Shown here: positions 9,088 through 17,725 of the stretch, piece by piece
How positions within the stretch are numbered: position 1 is the first letter of the stretch
How the letters are laid out: each line of letters starts with the position of its first letter
NCBI GenBank assembly: GCA_031275895.1
Contig: JAISOD010000049.1
Location: 1 to 39,150, forward strand
Direction: 5' to 3'
DNA from: Holosporaceae bacterium
Lineage (GTDB): Bacteria > Pseudomonadota > Alphaproteobacteria > UBA3830
DNA: 39,150 nucleotides
Program-made: the position numbers and the translations under genes
Notes under the pieces: generated by a model
What the model was told of the DNA's origin: nothing
Databases searched by the model: none
The model's input: only the letters and a program-made list of their open reading frames with translations

Positions 9088-10068
9088 ATGAGAAAGGCAT
9101 TATTTTTTGGCGGCGTGCTCGCGTCTCTGTTTGTTGTTGAAGCAAAGGAGGACGCTGGGATGGCGGCCGAGAGCAAAGGAATCAGAGAAATCGAGGAGAC
9201 GGTCGATCATAGAAGGGGAAAGGATGCGCTGGAGGGATTCTACATCGCCGGCGGTTTGCTGAAGTCGACCTCCATTACCAAGGTGCAGAAGGTGGAGGAC
9301 GTCATAAGGGTGACGTCTGACCTGCCTGTTGTAGCGAACAACCTGCATAATGGTCTTGTTTTTAGCACACGCGGTATTCCTTATGCCGCCATCGGCATGT
9401 TGGACGCTCAGCTCGGCGGCGAATGGTCGTGGGGCAATCCAGAGGGAGCGTATGAGTACCTCTCAGTTGGTGCTAAATGTACTAAGGTAAATGCCGTGAC
9501 TGGACGCGATACCCGCTGCTATCCGGCTTTTTCTGAAGGGAGAAACAACAAGGTTTCGGGTGCTTTGGCCTTTGGTTACGATAAGTTTTTCTATGAAAAT
9601 TATCTGCTCGGTGCGGAGTTGACATTCGATTTCGCCGGAAATAAGAATGCGGACGACAGCGAGGGTCATTTTGACGCGGTGAAGCGGAAGGATCGCGGTT
9701 TTGTTCCAACATTGGCGGCTAAGATCGGCGTGTACAGCGAATATTTGGACACCCTCTTTTATCTGAGGTTGGGAGCGGCGCAGGTGAGGTCCGAAATCAA
9801 TCACGGGGCTCGCAGTCTCAAGTTGAGCAAATTGACGCCAGTCATCGGAGCCGGTGTGGAAAAGATAGTTTTTGATAATGTGTCCCTGCGCGTCGAGGGC
9901 GATTACCGGATACAGTCGGAAAAAAGCGGCGATCTTTTTGCGAGCAGCGGGAATGGCACTATTACTGATACTAGCGGTAACAAGCCAGTACATTGGACTC
10001 GCACCGGAAAAGCTCGCATCAGGACCAAGGGCTATGCTGTGCGCGTTATGGGCGTGTGGCATATTTAG
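9088..10068 (+). CDS. outer-membrane beta-barrel protein (OmpA-like/porin-family barrel)
   Basis: Signal peptide MRKALFFGGVLASLFVVEA, alternating amphipathic G/Y/F-rich strands, and a C-terminal strand GYAVRVMGVWHI. Confidence 0.6.
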   Translation: MRKALFFGGVLASLFVVEAKEDAGMAAESKGIREIEETVDHRRGKDALEGFYIAGGLLKSTSITKVQKVEDVIRVTSDLPVVANNLHNGLVFSTRGIPYAAIGMLDAQLGGEWSWGNPEGAYEYLSVGAKCTKVNAVTGRDTRCYPAFSEGRNNKVSGALAFGYDKFFYENYLLGAELTFDFAGNKNADDSEGHFDAVKRKDRGFVPTLAAKIGVYSEYLDTLFYLRLGAAQVRSEINHGARSLKLSKLTPVIGAGVEKIVFDNVSLRVEGDYRIQSEKSGDLFASSGNGTITDTSGNKPVHWTRTGKARIRTKGYAVRVMGVWHI

Positions 10069-10192
10069 TTTATCGAATTTTGCGTAATTTTTTTGCTGCA
10101 GCGGCGTGCGTTCCACATGGGGCGCGCGCCGTTAATGTTGTCGCCTGCTTTACTCTCGCGCGCGAAGCGTAGCTAGGAAATCGCAGAGAAAC

Positions 10193-11086
10193 CTAGGCGA
10201 TCGTCTGCAGTTCGGCAGTTTTTTGGTTTTCTGCATAGGCTAAATAGAGCGTGCTTGGAACCAGGACTAGCGCTCCTATTAGAACGTTAAACCCAGGAAT
10301 TTCAGCAAAAAACATGAAGCCAAAGGAGGCGCTGAAGAGGAATTCCACATACCTGTAGGGCGCCAACGCCGACAGATCGGTGGAGCTGAAGGCTTTAAAT
10401 ATGAGATATTGCATTAAATTTCCGTTGAAACCCAACAGCAGCAGCATCGTAAGCTCGAAGACCGTCGGAGTATTCCACACGAATAGCGTTGGCGCCAAGG
10501 TCGTCAGACTGGCCACCAGAGCAAAATACAGCAACATGGTGATTCTGTCCTCTTGATCGACGATTTTTTTGATCATGACGTCCTGTACTGCAAACAAAAA
10601 CGACGACGCGATGGGAGCGATGTAGAGAAGCCGGAAGGAAATGGAGGACTCGCTGTCGTACATGGTGATGAAGGACAATCCAAGAAATCCAATTAGCGTG
10701 GCAATCCATCTTACGAGCGAAACAGATTCGGCCAGGAAAAATACGGAAAGCACCAGACCGAACAGCGGAATGGTCCACAGGATGGTCACCACTTCCGCCA
10801 GTGGAATGTGAATCACGGAATAGGTGTAGAGGAAGAAGCTCAAAGCTCCGAGAAGACCCCTAACGACGTTAAATCCCAATTGTTTGGTGCGGAATACTCT
10901 CATGCCCCTACTGATTATAAACGGCAGAAGCGTGACCAACCCGAAAAAAAATCGGAAAAAAATCACCTCCATGGCGTCCAGTCTCTGGCCCATAAATTTA
11001 ACGATAATATCGCAGAGACAACTGACAGCCATCATTAGAAATAGAAAAAACACTCCCCTTTGGTAACCGCTCAAACTTAAACGCAT
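10193..11086 (-). CDS. EamA/DMT-family transporter
   Basis: About 10 hydrophobic helices arranged as two EamA-like halves. The start is set at the ATG at 11086 (MRLSLSGYQ), 4 nt after GGAGGA; the ORF stays open to 11113. Confidence 0.8.
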   Translation of the reverse strand: MRLSLSGYQRGVFFLFLMMAVSCLCDIIVKFMGQRLDAMEVIFFRFFFGLVTLLPFIISRGMRVFRTKQLGFNVVRGLLGALSFFLYTYSVIHIPLAEVVTILWTIPLFGLVLSVFFLAESVSLVRWIATLIGFLGLSFITMYDSESSISFRLLYIAPIASSFLFAVQDVMIKKIVDQEDRITMLLYFALVASLTTLAPTLFVWNTPTVFELTMLLLLGFNGNLMQYLIFKAFSSTDLSALAPYRYVEFLFSASFGFMFFAEIPGFNVLIGALVLVPSTLYLAYAENQKTAELQTIA

Positions 11087-11144
11087 ACATCCTCCATAGT
11101 ACCAAAGGCACACACTACAATATTTAAAAAGAAAAGGAAAGAAA

Positions 11145-12899
11145 ATGAAGTTAATATTTGACTGGAGCGATTCGTTTTATGAAGAAAAAACGGTTTGGCG
11201 CGGCGACGAGGAGATGATTTCACTGGAAATATCTCAGAAAGAGTGCAGTTTCGCATCTGCCAGGGTATTGATTGCCTCTAAATGCATAGAAAAACTCCTC
11301 CATAAAAAATATGCAAAAATCGGAGTTCGAATGGAGCCGACGGCGGAGGTTAGATTGCTCTTCGCCGGTAGATTGGTTACTTTTCCGCTTGGTTTGGGCA
11401 GCTCCAGCGTGGAATTGGAATTGATTGCAGAACCGGACGATTATCGGCTGCAATTGAAGCAATTTTCCAACCAACGCCTTGCAGAATGCGGAAAAATCGA
11501 CGGACATATTTTGAAAAATCAGAAAATTTTGTTTGACGATCTATTTTTTTCAGAAAATGATATGAATAATCCGACAATTTTTTTGGAGGGAGGCGGCGAT
11601 CTTTTCTACTGGGATATGAGGAGCGGAAAACTATCGCTTTCGCCCATAAACCGCGGCGCTAGAAACATTGACGTAGCCGGAAGCGAGATTTTGCAAAATT
11701 CGCTAAGGGCGAGATTGGCTCGAGAACCGTACGGGAAGATAAATCTGAGTCTATCTGTCAGCTGGATTCAGCAGGTATCTGGAATTATTGACGTCTATCC
11801 AATGATGGCGCAGAAATTCAGCAGAGGCATAGTAAATTCATTCACCAACATAAAATCCGGCATTGAAAATATCTTCAAAATTTCCAATAAAAACGGCTAT
11901 GCTCCGCTGCGCTGTAAAGTTAGAGAAATAAATCCAAACATTATGGGAGTTTTGAATGTTCATCCGCTGCTATCTCCTGATTTTTATGTAAAAAAAGAGG
12001 GGGAATCTTCTGCTCAAAAGGTAAATTTCAAAAGATTTTACTTTGACGGAGAATTGACGCTAGGCTGGAATTATCGGCAAAAAAGGACGGAAATCGCTCG
12101 CCTGCACGTTGTAAACGAAAAATTTCGCTCCGGACGCGAGAAAAATCTTTGCCTGCGCCTAAACGCCGTGCAGAATCCGCGTCAACACCAGACCTGGAAT
12201 TATTTTACGTATTACGGCTGCAGCGATAAGGCGTTGTATCGCGGAAGTATCTTCGAATGCCTGGAAGCGCACGTTTCTGGCCGAGAATTTGAGCATAAAA
12301 AATGGAAATTAATTAAGAAAATTCCCGACGCGCTGGCGGACGATTCCTGCAGCTCATTTTTCGCTACGAATAGAGGAAAAAACGCGCTGAGATACGCCAT
12401 TCAAAAGGCGGCCGCGCTGTTGAATTATTCGTCAAGGTACGTGGAAATGGACTTTTGCGTGGGCGCTAAAAATTTTATGTTTGCCACAGTGGACGATCAA
12501 GTTACCATTCGCGACGGCCGATTCTCGGGAGGGGAGATTTCAGGAAAAATCATAAGAACGCGGTTTCTAGCCAGCGCGGACCAAAAAATCATGAAAATTA
12601 CCATCGGAAGTCGCGCCGACAACTCCAAAGAAGATTATTTTGAGAAAATTTCATCGCAGGATTGGGTTATCGACAAAGACGACAGCAAAATTTATGCTGG
12701 AGACATCCTAAAGGACGTAGAAGTGAAAAATCCTCCGGAAGAGCAGGCGGAGCATCTGGCAAAACTGAGGGCGCAGGACGTTTCGGAGCTAAAGAATGAA
12801 CTAAAAAAGTGCGCGACGAAGATAAAAATTTCGCTGCATCCTCTGAATACGATGCGGGTAATTACCAGGGAGATAAATCTTCCGGACGTTCTTCTGTAG
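11145..12899 (+). CDS. hypothetical protein (584 aa), no recognisable domain
   Basis: A long uninterrupted ORF with a purine-rich RBS. It has no signal peptide or TM segment and no motif I can assign. Confidence 0.55.
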   Translation: MKLIFDWSDSFYEEKTVWRGDEEMISLEISQKECSFASARVLIASKCIEKLLHKKYAKIGVRMEPTAEVRLLFAGRLVTFPLGLGSSSVELELIAEPDDYRLQLKQFSNQRLAECGKIDGHILKNQKILFDDLFFSENDMNNPTIFLEGGGDLFYWDMRSGKLSLSPINRGARNIDVAGSEILQNSLRARLAREPYGKINLSLSVSWIQQVSGIIDVYPMMAQKFSRGIVNSFTNIKSGIENIFKISNKNGYAPLRCKVREINPNIMGVLNVHPLLSPDFYVKKEGESSAQKVNFKRFYFDGELTLGWNYRQKRTEIARLHVVNEKFRSGREKNLCLRLNAVQNPRQHQTWNYFTYYGCSDKALYRGSIFECLEAHVSGREFEHKKWKLIKKIPDALADDSCSSFFATNRGKNALRYAIQKAAALLNYSSRYVEMDFCVGAKNFMFATVDDQVTIRDGRFSGGEISGKIIRTRFLASADQKIMKITIGSRADNSKEDYFEKISSQDWVIDKDDSKIYAGDILKDVEVKNPPEEQAEHLAKLRAQDVSELKNELKKCATKIKISLHPLNTMRVITREINLPDVLL

Positions 12900-13039
12900 C
12901 TGCCGACTCATTTTTGAAGAAGGAATCGCGGGACAATTTTTTTCATATAAAAATACAATTTTTACCATATATTAATATATACGCGCTACAATTCATGCAA
13001 TCGTATGTGATTATTTAACAAATATTGAAAGGGTGTATT

Positions 13040-13681
13040 ATGACAAACGAGAAAACTACAAAAAATATGCAAACGACAACTGGTTACATTGGTAAATCTT
13101 GCCGTTTAGCGTCTTTGGTAATTCCGTATTTGGCGCTATTGCCGCTATGCGAATCTCAAGCTATGTACGGTTCCGGCCAGGGGCAGAGATATTCGCAGTC
13201 CGGTAGATCGCAGCAGGATTGGGAGAGCAGAAACGGTCAGACCGGTACGCAGCGCGCGTCGTATGGTACGAGAAGCGGATACGAGAACGGACGCTACGGA
13301 TCGTCGTATGATAATAGGGGAAGTTCAGATTATGCGAATAAACGGTATGAACAGCCATATGACGCAAGCAGTAGATACGGCGATAGACCGCCGCCTCCAA
13401 GAAGGCGGAATGGGTCCTACGATAAAAGCAGCGGCGAATACGGCGGTAGATTCGGCGACAGGCAGTACGGATCCTCCTATGGCAGCCAGAATGCAGATTA
13501 CACTACTAAGCGGAATGGGTCCTACGATAAAAGCAATGGCTACGCGTCAGGCTTTAGACAATCTGGATCATATTATCCGTCGCAACAGCACGGGACGCGA
13601 TCATCTTCTTCGTTGCCAGCGGTAACCAAAGATACCAAGTACCTCAACTACAATGAATTGGGATTTGGTAGTAGCAGGTAG
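13040..13681 (+). CDS. secreted low-complexity S/G/Y/R/D/Q-rich protein
   Basis: ATG at 13040, 7 nt after AAAGGG (the track starts it at TTG 13025). A hydrophobic N-terminal segment LASLVIPYLALLPLCESQA is followed by about 170 aa dominated by YG/SY/RY/GS dipeptides, with a PPPPRRR tract and the duplicated unit RNGSYDKS. Confidence 0.6.
   Translation: MTNEKTTKNMQTTTGYIGKSCRLASLVIPYLALLPLCESQAMYGSGQGQRYSQSGRSQQDWESRNGQTGTQRASYGTRSGYENGRYGSSYDNRGSSDYANKRYEQPYDASSRYGDRPPPPRRRNGSYDKSSGEYGGRFGDRQYGSSYGSQNADYTTKRNGSYDKSNGYASGFRQSGSYYPSQQHGTRSSSSLPAVTKDTKYLNYNELGFGSSR
13406..13535 (+). repeat. Direct repeat pair (25 bp exact, 105 bp apart) inside the low-complexity gene
   Basis: cggaatgggtcctacgataaaagca occurs at 13406-13430 and again at 13511-13535. 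It encodes the RNGSYDKS unit. Confidence 0.85.
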
Positions 13682-14335
13682 ACGAAGTTTTTATAGCAGC
13701 GCGGCTTTAAAAGCGATACGGAATTGGCTCGCAAGGCGCCCTTCTATTGGCAAACCTGCGCGCTAAATCTAGAGTCGCGCTGCTACGATTGCGCTTTTTC
13801 GCCAGTCAGGTGGAGAAGCGCTGAACTTTTGCGTAAATTTTATACCACTCTTCATTACTAATACCAAGTTCGGTTTTAAATTACTCATGGCGCTTGTTGA
13901 ACCTGCTGGTCCGCAATTGTTACAAGGCCCGGTATGGGAAATCAATATCTGAACTTGGTATAATTTACGAAAGCAAGTTACGAAAAAGCTCATTACGAGG
14001 CTTTCACAAAAAGCTTTTAGATAATTTGTTCTGAGGAATGGTATTAACATGGTATTCAGCATGGTATGGAGCGGAAGAGCGGCATCGAGCTCTGCTGCCT
14101 GCCTGCGACGCGGCGGCGATTGACGGCCGGAGGTGGATATGTTCCCATTGATGCATTGAACTCTCGGCGCAATCCAAAAATAACGCTTCAGATAAAAAAT
14201 GATCGCCAATTAACGGAAACGCAGGTTTCTCTGCAGCGGCGAAGCTTTCATAAAAAAATCAAGATAAATGCGGACGAATTTCCCAGCCAAACGGCCGAGG
14301 TTTTCGCTACGCTCGTTAAATAATAGGAAAAAATC

Positions 14336-15235
14336 ATGACAATTTTAAGAGGAATAAGGTCGTTATCGGAGACCTACGACCGCGATTTTCCAAACGTTGC
14401 CGATACCGACGAAAATATTTCTAGCGTCGTCATTTTTGAGACTGAGGAGGAAGTCAGCTTTGTAAAATTGGCCAATAACTGGCCGGATTTTATAGCGTTG
14501 GAAGCTTCAATGTCTCCAACGACTCTTGCCGGCACGGCAACGATGGAAAGAATAGAAATTGATAAAAATTTGGGAAAAGTAAGCATATATAACGCTCCGC
14601 CCATCGACGCTCAATCGCACATAGCCAACATCGCCTCCTGTTGTTCAAAAATTGCGGTTAATTTTGAAAACGCCGGAAGATATAAACTTGACGGCAACGT
14701 AAAAAATTTCTATGAGAAATCCTTTGACGATTACGAATTGGCGCTTTCTACGGATTGTATTTTTGAAAAAATCTTTCTTACCTGCAGCGATGGAACGTCA
14801 TTGACTGAAAAGTACGCGAGAAACTCCCGCGGCGGCGTTCTACTGGAATATGGCGGAGAGTTCGCACGCTGCAGATTCTATCCCTACGGTGGGTTTTTTG
14901 AATACGGAGCCCATCCCCGCCAGATGGAATCCTGCGTATTTCGAACTGTTCACGACGGGAAATCAATATTTTTGCGCATCTCGCCGGTCAGTATGTTGAA
15001 AAGTATCGGAGTGGATCCAATGGAAGACAAGCTCGAAGACGGATATAGCAGTCTTATCGGAGTAAAGGAGTTTTCATCGTCTCAGCGAACGAATCTATAC
15101 GACGAATTGAAGAACGGAGCATGCAGACTGAAGGTAATCAATAAAAATACCAGTGAAGAATGCTTCTATAAGAGTAATGCCATCTTCCATGTGGCAAAAA
15201 CAAACATAATCACAATCAATTTTTTAAGGGAATAA
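14336..15235 (+). CDS. hypothetical protein (299 aa)
   Basis: An ORF immediately upstream of the hydrolase gene (2-nt gap). I recognise no motif; it lacks the DUF2163-type signature of RcGTA g13. Confidence 0.5.
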   Translation: MTILRGIRSLSETYDRDFPNVADTDENISSVVIFETEEEVSFVKLANNWPDFIALEASMSPTTLAGTATMERIEIDKNLGKVSIYNAPPIDAQSHIANIASCCSKIAVNFENAGRYKLDGNVKNFYEKSFDDYELALSTDCIFEKIFLTCSDGTSLTEKYARNSRGGVLLEYGGEFARCRFYPYGGFFEYGAHPRQMESCVFRTVHDGKSIFLRISPVSMLKSIGVDPMEDKLEDGYSSLIGVKEFSSSQRTNLYDELKNGACRLKVINKNTSEECFYKSNAIFHVAKTNIITINFLRE

Positions 15236-15237
15236 AA

Positions 15238-15657
15238 ATGGAATCTTATACAACAGAAGATCTGGAAATATTAGCAAAAACCATTTACGGCGAAGCCCGC
15301 GGCGAACTATATGAATTCGGGATAGCGTCGCTCATCGCCGTGGCCAACGTGGCGTTGAATAGGAGGAAGAAAAAATTCGCTCCCACCATTCGCGACGTCT
15401 GTTTGGCGCCGCTGCAATTCTCCTGCTGGAATGCAAATGATCCAAATCTAGAGAAAATAAAAAACGTAACGATGGATTGCTGCGTTTTCAGAAAGTGTCT
15501 AGAAGTTGCGGAAAATGTTTTGGAAGGTAGATGGCCGGATTTGGTCGACGACTGCGACCATTATCACTGTCGCGATCTGAAACCGTATTGGGCTGCACGT
15601 CTGGCGCCAAAGAGAATTTTCGGTCGCCATTATTTTTACAATTTATTTAAAGGATAG
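15238..15657 (+). CDS. cell-wall hydrolase, SleB/Hydrolase_2 family (endolysin-like)
   Basis: LAKTIYGEARGE...VANVALNRRKK...PLQFSCWNANDPN matches the SleB-type hydrolase core. The 139-aa size is typical. Confidence 0.8.
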   Translation: MESYTTEDLEILAKTIYGEARGELYEFGIASLIAVANVALNRRKKKFAPTIRDVCLAPLQFSCWNANDPNLEKIKNVTMDCCVFRKCLEVAENVLEGRWPDLVDDCDHYHCRDLKPYWAARLAPKRIFGRHYFYNLFKG

Positions 15658-15660
15658 AAA

Positions 15661-16017
15661 ATGACAATAGAAAGAATTGTTCTGGACCCGATAAAACCAA
15701 CGGAAAAATCCAAACACAGCGCCGAAAAACGCAACCATCATGGGGCGAATCAAATAGGACTAATCAACGCCCAGAGCAAAAATCGCCGCATGAACATCAT
15801 GGTCGTCGGCGCCGCCCTGAGCCTCATTGCATGTCTGCTGATGCTGACTTCCTACAAAGGGAATCTCTCCGGAGAGGCGGTGGGCATCATCTCCACCATA
15901 TCCGGCATATTCGGCGCATGTCTGAAGGACGCCTACAGCTTCGAATTCGGATCCTCCCGCGGCAGCAAGGATAAGGACGAGAAAATATCGTCGGCGATCC
16001 TGGAGAAAATGAAATAA
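15661..16017 (+). CDS. small 2-TM membrane protein, holin-like by context
   Basis: A 118-aa protein with a hydrophilic N-terminus. It has two hydrophobic helices (MNIMVVGAALSLIACLLMLT and AVGIISTISGIFGACL) and a charged C-terminal tail (KDKDEK). It starts 3 nt after the hydrolase stop. Confidence 0.45.
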   Translation: MTIERIVLDPIKPTEKSKHSAEKRNHHGANQIGLINAQSKNRRMNIMVVGAALSLIACLLMLTSYKGNLSGEAVGIISTISGIFGACLKDAYSFEFGSSRGSKDKDEKISSAILEKMK

Positions 16018-16087
16018 TTTTGCCATCTGCAATGCTCGACTGCCGGCTCTTTGGCGGTCCATTTTAATAATTAAGGAAAATAAAGAA

Positions 16088-16988
16088 ATGCAATTTATAG
16101 CATTTTCACTTTGCTTTTGCCATTTTACATTTCACGAAAACTCACGTAAATTAGCGAATCGCTATGGTAAATCCGAAGTGAAAACGCTATAATGAAGAAG
16201 AATTTTTTAAAAGCGCGCGAAATATACATGTACAGGAAAAAGATGAAATCGAGGCCTATGAAAAGATTTCCGACACAGAAGTGCGGAGGAAACTGGCGGA
16301 TTTCGTCAAATGTGGGACAAATTCGAGGAATCCGGCCGTAAAAGTTCCCCAAAATCTCGCGGATTTCGTCACATACGAAGACAATTACATGATTTCGCGG
16401 GCTCTGGACGAAATCTGCGCCAACGTCGTCGGCAGAACCATGTTCAAGGTGCTGATGGCAAAGATGGAGATAAAAAAGATGGAAATACAAATATATACGC
16501 ACAATAATCCGTCCTTCGGAAGCATCTATAAAAAAACGCTGTTTACGTCAATACAGATCACTACGAGTCAAACGGGGTCGGCAAAGACGGACGCTATTAC
16601 TTTTATGTTGACTAAGAAAAAGGGATAAAGATGAAACTCAAATACCTTGCCGGATCAATATTCCATGAGTTTTGCCATGCTTTACATGATATCAGCGGAA
16701 CAGAAAGGACAGAAAACGTTTTTTGTTTGGATGCAACTTATCTTAGATATGCCTGGGACGAGGATGAAGAACTGCGCACCATCTGCTGTGGATCACGATC
16801 CCATCTGCGACCACTGTTTTGACATGGTGCAATCCATCATGAAAAGTGAACTGTTTAGGCCGAGGTATAGTCATAAAGGATATACTGGAAGAGGCAGACC
16901 AGCAGCACGCAATCGGAGACTTTTGTACTATTGTATTCCTTTCTCAAAAAAGTACATGAATGGATGGAATGAATATATGATTTCCTAA
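16088..16988 (+). pseudogene. zincin protease gene copy T1, inactivated
   Basis: It has the same RBS and first codons (aggaaaataaagaaATGcaattta) as the intact copy at 20175. It is then split by a 92-bp MITE. Further lesions are a frameshift at the A7 run 16530-16536, an in-frame TAA at 16613-16615 and another frameshift near 16788-16792. Track ORFs 16281..16628, 16631..16822 and 16647..16988 are its pieces. HEFCH is retained. Confidence 0.9.
16098..16189 (+). mobile_element. 92-bp MITE, copy 1 (TA target-site duplication), inserted in codons 3-4 of T1
   Basis: Terminal inverted repeats TAGCATTTTCACTTTG / CGAAGTGAAAACGCTA, flanked by TA at 16096-16097 and 16190-16191. The paralogue at 20175 shows the empty site atgcaattTAatgaa. 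Confidence 0.9.
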
Positions 16989-17002
16989 CCTTCCATTAAC
17001 GA

Positions 17003-17038
17003 AATTCTACTAGGATCACTCCGAATTTTAGGAGAATT
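17003..17038 (+). promoter_or_regulatory. SD-sequestering hairpin at junction J1 (T1 stop to P1 start)
   Basis: AATTCTACTA (17003-17012) pairs with TAGGAGAATT (17029-17038), which contains the SD of P1. There is one mismatch. Confidence 0.6.
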
Positions 17039-17041
17039 ACT

Positions 17042-17725
17042 GTGAAGAAGATACTGATAGTCCTGTTTGTGCTCGGCAATGTAATGGCCATGATGCCGCC
17101 GGATATTCCAAAACTCAATGACTTGGAAAATATTAATCATCGTTTGGACGACACCGAACTTTTCGATATACGTCCCATTTACAACGAACATATTTCGAGG
17201 TTTGGCCCCGAAGGAAAGGAGTTTGTGAACAACATAACGGAATTGAAACTGAAGGAGTGTAAGAATTTAGCCGAATCGCATTTCCAACGGCGTGATACTG
17301 AGGAAGCCAAAAAATGCATGGAATTGCTGGCCGTGACGGCCGGTTGGTCTAGATTTATGGGAAACGAGAATCTCATGGAGCAAATTATTGCACTGTACTC
17401 TGAAGAGGTTACTAGAAAGAGCATCCAATATTATGAATTCATCGGCGACGTAATGTACATGGGACTATACAAAACTCTACGAAAAGAAGATGGAACCACA
17501 GTCTACGCTGATGAAATTGAATCTGATATGGCCGAATTTTTCAAAGAGATGGCTTCGTACATGTACAGGAGAGTAGAATGGTCATTGGATGATAGAAAAG
17601 GGTTGAATAAGTGTTTTGTATACTATAGTACGAGGCCGGAGTACTATCCGGATGATGTTTGGCCGAATTGGCATGCATTGCAGCTTGATGAGGATAGCGA
17701 AACATGTCCTTTGGGGCTTTGGTAA
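17042..17725 (+). CDS. partner protein P1, exported (signal peptide), paralogue of P3
   Basis: GTG start after GGAGAA. N-terminus MKKILIVLFVLGNVMAMMPPDIPKLNDLEN. It aligns along its whole length with ORF 20996..21652. Confidence 0.75.
   Translation: MKKILIVLFVLGNVMAMMPPDIPKLNDLENINHRLDDTELFDIRPIYNEHISRFGPEGKEFVNNITELKLKECKNLAESHFQRRDTEEAKKCMELLAVTAGWSRFMGNENLMEQIIALYSEEVTRKSIQYYEFIGDVMYMGLYKTLRKEDGTTVYADEIESDMAEFFKEMASYMYRRVEWSLDDRKGLNKCFVYYSTRPEYYPDDVWPNWHALQLDEDSETCPLGLW

Noticed and set aside
9463-10116. 217-aa minus-strand ORF (and 9482..9712, 9100..9348)
   Set aside because: It is entirely antisense to the OMP gene, which has a signal peptide and beta-barrel features. It has no RBS or motifs.
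8441-12899. Attempt to assign ORFs 8441-8950 and 11145-12899 to RcGTA tail genes g9-g15
   Set aside because: Their sizes and sequences do not fit the major tail protein, tape measure, DUF2460, DUF2163 or host-specificity signatures I know. They are also separated by an OMP gene and an opposite-strand transporter gene. I left them as hypothetical.
13161-13625. Alternative-frame ORFs 13263..13625 (+) and 13161..13400 (-) inside the low-complexity gene
   Set aside because: They are by-products of the repetitive, biased composition. Only the 13040 frame has an RBS and a signal-peptide-like N-terminus.
13769-14323. ORFs 13769..14209 (-) and 14066..14323 (+); also a check for tmRNA, RNase P or SRP RNA here
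   Set aside because: They mutually overlap and have no RBS or recognisable motif. I found no conserved cores of tmRNA (T-arm/CCA, tag ORF), RNase P (GAGGAAAGTCC) or 4.5S RNA. The region is kept only as a low-interest gap.
16281-16988. Track ORFs 16281..16628, 16310..16507, 16631..16822 and 16647..16988 as independent genes
   Set aside because: Aligned to the intact paralogue at 20175-20942, they are consecutive frame-shifted pieces, or an antisense or alternative frame, of one pseudogene.
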